From Macrostomum lignano (Eukaryota): 64,000 nucleotides of DNA. A model generated the notes under the pieces. The model made no database searches, was not told the DNA's origin, and worked only from the letters and a program-made list of their open reading frames with translations. Where the stretch lies: positions 124,001-188,000 of the forward strand of contig NIVC01000415.1 of the NCBI GenBank assembly GCA_002269645.1, written 5' to 3'. Positions 12,650 to 23,765 of the stretch are shown here, in pieces (within the stretch, counting starts at the first letter, position 1; each line of letters starts with the position of its first letter). The translations under genes were made by a program, and so were the position numbers.

Positions 12650-15600
12650 TTAGTACTGTCCGGAGTACTTCTTCACGCTGCAAGTGAAGATTGGGGGGGG
12701 GGTCGATTTTTTGGGATTAAGCAGGATTATCGAGGTGTGAGATGAACTGAAATATAAAATACGCAAGGTGGCCATGCAGTCCAAGACAGCTCTAGCAGTT
12801 CATACTAACCACGGCCAAATCTGCTTAACTTGCATTGCGCAAAATCTAATGACTGATGTATGTTAATTGTTAATTGACAACACAACAGCTAACATGCAAG
12901 TGCGTGACAGTTGAGGGAGAGCAATAATCTTGTTCGATGATCAGGGGCTGCAAACGCGGAAGACAGTAATTGTTGGCCCAAAACGAACGAATAGAAAAGG
13001 GAAAGAAAAAAACAAAAATAATTTAGCAAGCAAATAACAGTAATGATGATTGCACAGAAAGAGTCCAAAACTTAGCACACCACACATGCTTCAGTCCGTC
13101 ATCACACTGGGGTGAATATAAAGGCAGCACTGTATGGAATATAAATACGGGACAAGCACAGTTGGATAACTGCAAACCAAAACTAATTTGCTGCATTGTC
13201 TATTAAATTTGCCCTCTTTTCTTTCCTCCTTCTATTCTCGTCAGATATCACAGCGGGACAACAAACACTGGTCTTCCACGCCCGGCTAGCCATATGGTAC
13301 TCGGGGGAATATGGGGATATTGGAGGGTAAGGTGCAAACAAATAGCCATTTTAGTAACGGTACACAACATATAGACAGCATACAACACATGCATACAATA
13401 TACAAAGACAGCTTATAATAATCGGTGAACAACAGCAAAGCTAAATAACACACTTACCACATCTGCAGCAGGTACTGAGCATTCTGAATCTGCTCCTGCG
13501 ATCCCCTAATAGTAATGATCCGATCTTGGCCTGGCTCGCCCTTGTCAATTTTGATATCGGCGCCAGATTCCATGCGAATCTGTTTAATCCGCTGGCCGCC
13601 TCGGCCCATGATGGAGCCGGTGAGCGAGTCTGGGATCGATACCTGGGTTAATTCAAGTTTGGGTTTTGTAATGAAACAGAACGGTTTAATATGCTACTTA
13701 TCAGTAGCAATAGCAGTTTATCTATGAGCTAATGACAACCAGAGTTGGTTGACTCATCACTCACTCCTAATTAATTACGCACCTGCTGGGTTGTCTCCAT
13801 ACCGCGCGGAGCTCCGGGCCTCGGACCGCCGAATGCGCCAGGCGGCGGAGGCGGAGCGCCAGGCTGCATAGCGCCGCCCATCGGAGGACCGCCAAGCTGC
13901 GGTCCGCCTCGTTGCATAGCCTGAGGCGCGGCCGGCTGCGGCGGCATCCCGCCTCGGCCCATGTGGTGGGGCGGAGCAGCGCCGTAGCCAACTGGGCCGC
14001 CCATGTTGCCGATGCCATCGGGCCGGACGGATCGAGTTTGGCCGCCGCCAATCCAGCCGCCATACTGTTCATAGTTGAATTCGTCGAAATTTCTGGCATC
14101 ATAGTTGGCCACCTGGCCTTTAGGCGGAGCCAGCTCCAGCAGTTCCAACACCATCTGGATGGATTTCAGCAGCTCTTCAGGCGCGCCAACCAGCTGTACA
14201 ACCCGATCGGTGGACACCGGGCAGGGGTTCGAGTACACCTGTGGCAGTGGTGGTCGGTCAGTTATAAAGATTCTAAAAAAACAGATCATTGTTATAATCG
14301 AATCTCTGAAGGGCGATTATCAATAGCTAGACTAGCTTGATGAGATGAGCGATTCTCAATGCCAATGGCTAGACTAGCTTGATGAGCGATTCTCAATGCC
14401 AATGGCTAGACTAGCTTGATGAGCGATTCTCAATGCCAATGGCCAGAGTAGCTTGATGAGCGATTCTCAATGCCAATGGCTAGACTAGCTTGATGAGCGG
14501 TTATCAATGGCAATGGCCAGAGTAGCTTGATGAGATGAGCGATTCTCAATGCCAATGGCTAGACTAGCTTGATGAGCGGTTATCAAAGGCAATGGCCAGA
14601 GTAGCTTGATGAGATGAGCGATTCTCAATGCCAATGGCTAGACTAGCTTGATAAGCGATTCTCAATGCCAATGGCTAGACTAGCTTGATGAGCGATTCTC
14701 AATGCCAATGGCTAGACTAGCTTGATGAGCGATTCTCAATGCCAATGGCTAGACTAGCTTGATAAGCGATTCTCAATGCCAATGGCTAGACTAGCTTGAT
14801 GAGCGATTCTCAATGCCAATGGCTAGACTAGCTTGATGAGCGATTCTCAATGCCAATGGCTAGACTAGCTTGATGAGCGATTCTCAATGCCAATGGCCAG
14901 AGTAGCTTGATGAGCGATTCTCAATGCCAATGGCTAGACTGGCTTGATGAGCGATTCTCAATGCCAATGGCCAGAGTAGCTTGATGAGCGATTCTCAATG
15001 CCAATGGCTAGACTAGCTTGATGAGCGATTCTTAATGCCAATAGCTAGACTAGCTTGATGAGCGATTCTCAATGCCAATGGCTAGACTGGCTTGATGAGC
15101 GATTCTCAATGCCAATGGCCAGAGTAGCTTGATGAGCGATTCTCAATGGCAATGGCTAGACTGGCTTGATGAGCGATTCTCAATGCCAATGGCTAGACTA
15201 GCTTGATGAGCGATTCTCAATGCCAATGGCTAGACTAGCTTGATGAGCGATTCTCAATGGCAATGGCTAGACTAGCTTGATGAGCGATTCTCAATGGCAA
15301 TGGCTAGACTGGCTTGATGAGCGATTCTCAATGCCAATGGCTAGACTAGCTTGATGAGCGATTCTCAATGCCAATGGCTATAGACTGGCTTGATAACCAA
15401 TTCCTAATGACTAGACGGGCATAGAGGGCGATTTCAAAATATGATTAGACGCTATGACCAGATAATTAATTACACTGCGACCGAAATAAAAAATGAATAC
15501 AGATACATTAAGCTACGAACCTTAAGCGCTCGCAGACGCGACTCCTCCCGCAGTTCCTTAATCTTGGCGCCAGCTTTGCCAATAACGCAGCCAGCCTGAG

Positions 15601-17709
15601 ACTGGTGCACCAATAGTCGCATGTCGATCTCGCCGGTGCTACTAACGGCGCCCTGATGCGAGTCGCGTCCGGCAGATTCCTCCAATAAAGCGTTGAATAG
15701 ATCGCGCAGAATGCTCTGCAGAGTGTCGGGCTCGCCTTCCAGGGTGAACACGCTGAACATTCGGCGAGTCGGTGAATTTTGGAGGGGGGGATAAGCGTAA
15801 GTCTTATAACATTGACGAGTAACAAGATTTTTCTACTATTAACTCGGGTGGTAATTCTACTTATAGCTTTCATCGACTTCTATGTGGTTTGTTAATTTAC
15901 TTAAAGTAGTCTATAAACGGAAGTTTCTTCGGCTTGGACCTAATCCTATTCTTATCAGTAATAGGGATAAAGTGAACTAGGTGGCTTAAAATAGCTTTTA
16001 ATATACCCATTCGCGGTTGAATTCGTCTAAACTGCAAAACCTTTTGTCCACAAATGCTTTGCTTTTGAATAAATCAAGACTCGGACGGAATGTTTAGCAA
16101 ACTATGAACGCAGCTGTCTATTGCATGATCTAAATTTAGCTCCCATAAATTAAGAAAGTATTAGCGGACGAGAGGTTTTTTTGCAGTTTAGACGAATTCA
16201 ATTGCAAAAAAGGAATATTTTAAAGCTACTCAACAGTATGATTCAATTGCGAGATGGAAAGTAGCAGTTGCGAGGAAGAAAGTCTGCTTAAGAAGAACTC
16301 AATAAGCGAAAACCAGTGATTGTGAATTTAGATTTCTGAGTGATTTTTAATCTTATCTTACTTAAGAGATATGTTTGCTTCTTAGTTGAGGGAAACAGAT
16401 GCAGAGAATGGACAATTGCTATGAAAACACATGGTACGCAAAATAATATCAGACAAAAAACAAATAGGGGACTAGTACCGTTCAGGGCCATTGGAATCGG
16501 GTACGGACACTTTGGCGGAGTACTGGAAAGCGGAGAAACGGGGCGGAGATGGCAGGAGGCTATTAAGGTCGGCGGCCGCGGGCAGTAGCAGACAGGCGCA
16601 GGTGGGCTCCCTTAAGGAGCCAAAAATAGGCATTTACAATAAGTAAATTAGTCAATAGGTCCCCTGGAATTATTTGAATAGAGCGAGTTTTGCAATAATT
16701 GCATTATATAGAATAAATGCAAATCTTAACAAAACGGTCAAGTTAGTTAATTAAGGTTGGCCACTGATCGCAAGAGCTGTCATGTAGCTGCGACTCGCGC
16801 GCTCGTACGTACACGGGCCGGAAACCCACAGGGAGGTTATAAAAGGCCCGATGGTCAAGTCAAAACGTAGGCCAGGCAGATAGGAGTAAACAGGCGCTGC
16901 CAGTCAGGTGTGGTGGACCGAACGGTTGCGGAACAAGGCGACTGACAGGAATAATATTCAATCGGTCACCCAGTCAGCCCCCAAAGTCTTCTGGTAGACG
17001 GGACCGGGACGTCGGCAAACACGAGCTTCTGTGCTCTCTGCTCTACTAGATTTGAGAAAGGGATTCTGTAGTTTGATGAAAATCTGCGACACTGGTGAAT
17101 AAGTAATCATCAATATTGGTAATAAACCGATGGTAAATACTCGTACACGGACAATTAACACACCAATTCTTACCAAATTAGTAGACTAAAAATGCTAACA
17201 AGCGAGTTCTATACCTTTACTCTAGATTGGCATTAAAACATGAACTAAAAACCCTATTTTTCAAAACTAAACTGAAAGATTCAAGGCTCTTTAAATGTAA
17301 TCACGATTCGAATAAAATGAAATAAAAGATCAAGAATTTTGTCTTACCTCCTCGCGCATTCTCTTAATATTGCTGCCTCCTTTGCCAATGATAACGCCGG
17401 CCATCTAAAGTGGAATTAACAATTATTTTAATTTTAATATGGTTCGTCATTACTGACTCTTTTACTCTTTAAGTCAATCAAAGCAACAATCCAGCCATAA
17501 ATCATTTTAAAGCTAACCTTGGATGGTATCAAGAAGCGCAATTCAATCCTAGAACCTGTGAACTGGCGTTTGCTTGGAGGCTCATTAGTGTGATCCATAT
17601 TGGAGCGCTTGAGGTCTGTAATTAATGGACATGTATGTATGTAACATTCACTTTAGTTAAACTAAGACAGATAACTATAAAACTACTCACCGTCCTTAAC
17701 ACTTTCCAT
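12650..17709 (-). CDS. HNRNPK: Heterogeneous nuclear ribonucleoprotein K (3 KH domains), 8 coding exons, 372 aa
   Basis: Exons 17709-17691, 17615-17518, 17404-17348, 16522-16479, 15752-15521, 14238-13783, 13642-13458 and 12677-12650, all GT-AG and in phase. KH1 [21 protein letters not shown]2 [20 protein letters not shown]3 [27 protein letters not shown]-rich KI region and the C-terminus VKKYSGQY resemble vertebrate SVKQYSGKFF. Confidence 0.94.
14322..15395. repeat. 37-bp minisatellite filling most of hnRNP K intron 5
   Basis: (GAGCGATTCTCAATGCCAATGGCTAGACTAGCTTGAT)n, head-to-tail with no spacers. Confidence 0.96.
16017..16201. mobile_element. Small MITE-like inverted-repeat element in hnRNP K intron 4
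   Basis: TTGAATTCGTCTAAACTGCAAAA and TTTTGCAGTTTAGACGAATTCAA form 23-bp inverted ends. Confidence 0.65.
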
Positions 17710-19139
17710 AAAATGTGACAAACAGGCCGGTGAAACGGCAGTAACTCGTGATCCCTGTTGCTGATTTGTAACAATAGAAACAAACTCTGGCTTGTCCTAA
17801 GCCAAATTTGGAGGGGTAGATAATAGGGAAATCAGATAACAAGCTGTGTAGAAGTTAGAAACCGACTTTAATTCTGCAGAATTTTATTTAGTAACTTGTG
17901 GTAGACTTTTAAATCATGCAAGTAATAAGTAATAGAATTTTTGATATTTGGTTAAAATTACCAAATAAAAGACAAGCATAGCTTGCCTTTATATAAAACC
18001 ATTTAAAACTTTAAGCAAAGCCAGCCGAATTAAAGAAATGCTAAATTACTTTTTTTCTGCTAATGTATTTACCTAATTAAATTCAACAAAACTTCAAAAC
18101 TTTTCTTCTTTGGCTCTAAGGACATAGTTTAGAAGGCCATACATGCCATACTCTGGAATGCATACATCACAATTGGAATTTTCTGGCATGCATTTTGGTA
18201 TGTGGCATATTGGCCCTATGCCCTATGTCATGGAATAGATTGATGGCATAGAATGTGCATGTGGTATGATATAATCATAGTGGGGCAGTCTTTTAAAATT
18301 TCTGAAAATACTCACAGTCTCATAAAATCTACTTCATCTTTTTTATTTTTAATATATTCAGGAGCTTAAATACCTATGGTTATACATTTTTTCAAGCCTT
18401 GTTCTTTTTCTGCATTTTTAAAACATAATGTTTGCATGTATTTTTTGCTTTTGTTTGTAAACCTATTGTTAATTATTGTCAATGGCATACATGGCATGTA
18501 ATTGGTCAGCATGGCAAGCAATAAGTGTGCAAACAAAAAACTCCTTGGTATATATTGTGGTATGTATCCAACATGATCTAGAGTATAGGCAACATATATA
18601 CCAATATTTCTGAGTATACAACAAGGGAACTTGTCATTTTTTGGCATATGTTAGTATATCCTAGCATTCATGATACAATAAAAAAAATATTGTCAATAAT
18701 ACATTTTTAGATCAAGTGTATAAACAAAGTTTTGTAACTTTTTCTGGCATTAGATCTGGCATATACTAATACAATATCTAAACTATGGCTTTGAAGCTTT
18801 AGTAAATCAATATTGGTAATAGTATTATCATTGCTTCATTTAAATTCAATAGTATATTATATGCACTTTTCTAGCAAAAATCCTTTGTGTAATTTTCTTG
18901 GTCAAATTTTTGGCATTCTTTTGTTTTACAATCCCTGAGCAGGTCAAGTTTTGTCTTACAATCTCCATTAAAAAAGAGTCGAAAAGACACTCTAGTTTAA
19001 CAAAAAAGTACATTTCACATTTATTTTCCAAGAACAAAATCATTGCAACTCACTTTCCAGTCAACCTAATTTATCACTGCAACTCACTTTTCAGTCAACT
19101 TGAGGATTGTCGGCGTAGCATTAGTTATGAAAGCATGTA

Positions 19140-19795
19140 GCTTATATTCATTTTTGTTATACAATTATTTAAATGGTGAAGTTATATGTAGATGATTGCA
19201 AGACGAAACCAAAAGAGCTTGTAGGTTTTGAATTACGATCACCACATTGGTAGAATTGTATTAAAGGGATTGTATGACAAAAGTGAATGGATTACACATT
19301 ATATCCCTGGCAAAGTTGCACCAGTTCACAGCAGCTTTGGATACAAACTGCTATATCGATCTCCATAAAAAATCTATAGGGTTCAAGAATGAAATTGTAT
19401 TCATTATAAGATTCACAAGCGCCGCCCCCTCATTTTTGTCATACGATCCCCCCAGTTCATTGGACCTATGTATTATACCGAGTGGTGATTGTATGACAAA
19501 AGTGAGGGGGGGGGGGCATGGGGCAGCGTTGGCGCCCAAAAAGGCCGTGCAAAAAGAGCCATATAAAAAGTGGGTGGCTTTTGGTTCGCGGACATATTAG
19601 AGGCTGCAATTGATTGCTTGGTTGAAATGTCTATTATAGCAACAATTTCCTACCATTTTGTCATACAATCCCTCCAATACAATTTTACTTTTGGTGTGAT
19701 TGTAACTTAAAATCTACAAGCTCTTTCGGTTTTGTCTTGCAATCATCTATATATAACTTCACCATTTAAATGATTGCATTGAAAGTGAATATAAG
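19140..19795. mobile_element. Foldback / MITE with about 150-bp imperfect inverted arms
   Basis: ATTTAAATGGTGAAGTTATATGTAGATGATTGCAAGAC...GGGATTGTATGACAAAA is mirrored by TTTTGTCATACAATCCC...GTCTTGCAATCATCTATATATAACTTCACCATTTAAAT. Confidence 0.7.
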
Positions 19796-22700
19796 GAGTA
19801 AGGACAGGCTTCTAACTTCTATAAGACACAATATTTTTTGTTAAAATGACACACTTAGAAGTGGTCCCATTTTGAAGTTCAATTTTAAGAGCAATTTTCT
19901 GTTCTCTGTGGGTGGGGGATTGTATAACAAAAGTCCCGACTCCCATAGGGACAGTGCTAGGTGATTGTAAAATGAAAGAATGCCATTTCTTTGTGCACTT
20001 GATATGTAAGATACACCCTAGCAAGGGAAGATTTTATCTCCCCCTAAGGTAGAGACCTAAGAAATTAAAAGTGGGGACAAAGCAAACTGTTTCCCAAAAC
20101 AGAAAGGTTACAAAGCTATCTCCTCTGCCACTGCTTCTAACTCTCATTTTTTAAAGTCTTTACCTTAAGTTTAAGAATCTACCCCACCTTAACAAATTTC
20201 TAGTTGCATTATTGGCAATGGCAATGGCATTGCATTGCAATATAATAACATAATAAAGCATTACAATATAATTATATACAATTTACTAATGACACTAATA
20301 ATAATTGCCTAAGTGGAATAGTGTAGGCCTATAAGTTATAATTCTTATAGGGGCCTACTTTTATTATATTTATAATTTAAATATAGGCCCTACTATACTA
20401 ATATATATTGCAAATTTCTTAATTTCTTTTACATTTTATAACTAACAGAAATAATACCTAATACCAAACTCGAGTCAAGACAAAATTGTTAAATAATGCA
20501 TTTGGGCCATTAAGCTAAGGCCCTAAGGGTGAAGGGTCAAGGGTGCACTATATATTACAAATGCAGTAGGCATATGCTTCTATCTAATAATATGATCCAT
20601 ATACTATAGTAGATATATTGTTTTTAGATGGGCTATTAATGAATACTTAGAAATGTAATTAGGCCTATATGCCCAGCCCTAGACGAATGTCACCACACCC
20701 TTAATCCAGCTAGTAGGCTTAGGCTGTTTTAGGCAAAGTGATTTAAAATAAGCTAAGTAGACGATGTGTAATGTTAGCCTAACTAGCTAACTAAGCAGCT
20801 AGGCTTAGGCTCACTGGGCGGACCTACTGCAACAGTGCAAGTGGTATTAATTCTGCAAACTAGAAAATAGGTTTAACATGGCAGGATAGGCCTAGCTTAG
20901 TTGAAACTTGAACATCTGTATTATTTATAAATTTCGGCCACGCAGACTGACATGGGCGTCAGTCCTACCTGGTCTTCTGAGTTACTGAAATCAAGGGCTA
21001 AGGTTCAAACACATCAGCGTGTAGATTATAGGACACGCTTGTACTGTGTACAATAGGCCACTACACTTATCGTAAGCAAAATGAATAATGGAGCGCAATT
21101 GACTTTTAAAAGTGCCAATGCAGATTGGACAAAACCGTTTCAAAGAGTTATAACAAAACTAATAAAATTCCTTATGCTTAGATAAATTTAAAATAAAACC
21201 TTTACTTTGATGTTTTAAAATTTTTTTAATAAGGTATTAGGTTGTAAAAAATCTTTACGTACTCTATGTCTGCGTTATTACTGTTGTTAACACAGGAGTG
21301 CCGCTTTTTGCAATACAACGTATTGTGCCCGCATGTCAGAAAAGTTCTTTCCATTTGCGCATGGAAGGCGAACGGTGAATGATAACACTTATCTTCAGCA
21401 TAAATGGAACGTTCGCTAAAAACTAACCAAAATGTCGTACACAGTACACGTACACCTTTGCTATTACTTTTTTGTACTACATGCAGTGTTAACTTACAAA
21501 TCGTAATCCGATTTGATTCATTTTGGTGACTGTGGCAGGCCGCCCATTACTCTTAGTTTCTTAATAACCGCAACGTTAGCCTACACCCTAATTACTTTAA
21601 AAGACTTAAAAGACAATATCGGCAACGAGTTTGTGACCGTACGATTAAAACGATTTAATTTTGATAAAGTAGGTTTGCATGGCCAAATCAAAAGACATTT
21701 ACACAAAGGTTTTATTGATTGAACGAACAATAAAAAGCAAACTTTTTTCAAAAAAAGGATGAGACGAAGCAAGCCATCAAGAGGAGCAATCTAATAAAAT
21801 TAAAATTAAAAGTTGGTTGTAGCACTAATAATTATATAAGTTTAAATTTTAACAACTGACGCAACAAACAAATTAAAATCATAAAGCAAAATGCACAGAA
21901 CCCTCTAATGAGTAGTAGCCTAGCAGTTGTGACAGTACAAACCAATATTTTAATTTAAGTTTTGAACGCACATATTATTCGAGTGAAATACGTTTAAACA
22001 AAAGTCGTTTACTATATCTGATCAAACACATTGTAATAAAAATATGTATTATAAATTTTTGGAGTATTCTTTTTAAAATATCAACACCAGAAAGACACAC
22101 TGACAAGACACACTAGCAACGGAGCGAAGATTGTGTTAGCAGACGAAGTAAAACAAATTTTCGTCTATGCGCATGACATAGATGCATAAAAGCGCGAGTA
22201 AACTAAAAGCAAACGAATCAATTAGCCAAGCATATAAATAACAAGTGTTATAAGCAAAAATGGCCATAAAAGAAAAAACAACCAGAAATGAATGAAGCAA
22301 ACAAAGTTACGCTTGGCGCTAACAATTTAATATTAATAATACAAAACAGCTGTATAAATTAAAAGCAAGCAGCAGCAGTGCTAGAGTAACAATATAGCTT
22401 TAAATAAAACAGTTTACTCAGTAAATGTAAATTTAGTAAAGGGTGCAAAATCAGGCAAAATATATTTTTTTTAAACACGGACAAAATATTATAAAACTAT
22501 GGTCCAATAGTTACTTTACAAAAATAGAAGCGATAATAAAGATTACAATTTACAGTAAATTATTAATACAAAATTCATAGTTAAATCTTTTCTACATCAA
22601 TAACACGATTTTGAAAAAAAAACCCACAAAAAGTATTACATGTATTTGTCTCTTACCATGATTATAATTTACAATTAAAAAATAGAAAATCAGTAAACAT

Positions 22701-23218
22701 CTTGTGCAATTCCTCTTTTAGAATACTAATAATTGAAATCATCACTTACTAAAATAGAGTAATTAGACAAACTATTAGAAATTTATCAGATAAAAGAAAG
22801 CTATTCATTAGCCAACCTGAATAGCTGCTTGTAAGCTAAAGGTCTAGACGTAGGACGTAGGGTTTAGCTTACTCAGTAAATGGCTTATCTTGCTACTCGT
22901 AGGTACTTATTATTAATTAGCTAAAGCATTAGGTTCTCATTAGGTACTCATCAACTACTTATTAGCTAAAAATAGGTACTTACTAGCTACCCATTAGATA
23001 AAATTTAGCTACCGATTAGGTAAAGCATTAGGTACTAATAGGTAACGCTTCAGCTATCAGCTACCTATTAACTAAAGCATTAGTTACTCATAGGTAAAGT
23101 TTTAGCTACACATTAAGTAAAATTTATCCACCCATTAGGTAAAACTAATCCACCCATTAGGTAAAATTTATCTACCCATTAGGTGAAGCATACGAGAGGG
23201 TACCCATTAACTAAAGCG

Positions 23219-23630
23219 TTAGCTACTCGTCATCTCGGCCAAGGCCAGCGTGCGCATCGCGTCGACGGTAGCGTATTCCACGGTTGGCATGGCAACCGAC
23301 GTCTTGGCACCGCCGAGGGTAGACGGCAAAGCGGCAGTGACAGCCAGAGCCTCGGCCGAGGCGTGCCGCATCTCGCCGATGTCCAACTGGGCATAGTTAG
23401 CCTGGGTTGGCAGTTTATTGTGTAGTTGAAGAAACAGTAGCACAGAAAATATTTGAAGATTTGCTACATCACACTGACTGGCCCAATGCCTGCTTTGTCT
23501 GCTTTGTCTCTGACAGTAGCCAACTCCTTGACAGTCTTGGCCTGTCTGTCTGTCTGTCTGTCTGCCTTGGTGTCTGTCTGTCTGTCTGTCTGCCTTGGTG
23601 TCTGTCTGTCTGTCTGTCTGTCTGCCTTGG

Positions 23631-23701
<71 letters not shown>

Positions 23702-23708
23702 ATTAGTA

Positions 23709-23765
<57 letters not shown>

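Noticed and set aside
13070-13110. C/D-box snoRNA (GTGATGA...CTGA on the minus strand) in the last hnRNP K intron
   Set aside because: The boxes are only 4 nt apart, with no distal D box or terminal stem seen.
14322-15395. 37-bp (and 35-bp at 34522-36177) repeats as CRISPR arrays
   Set aside because: The units are head-to-tail with no unique spacers, there are no cas genes, and they lie inside spliceosomal introns of eukaryotic genes.
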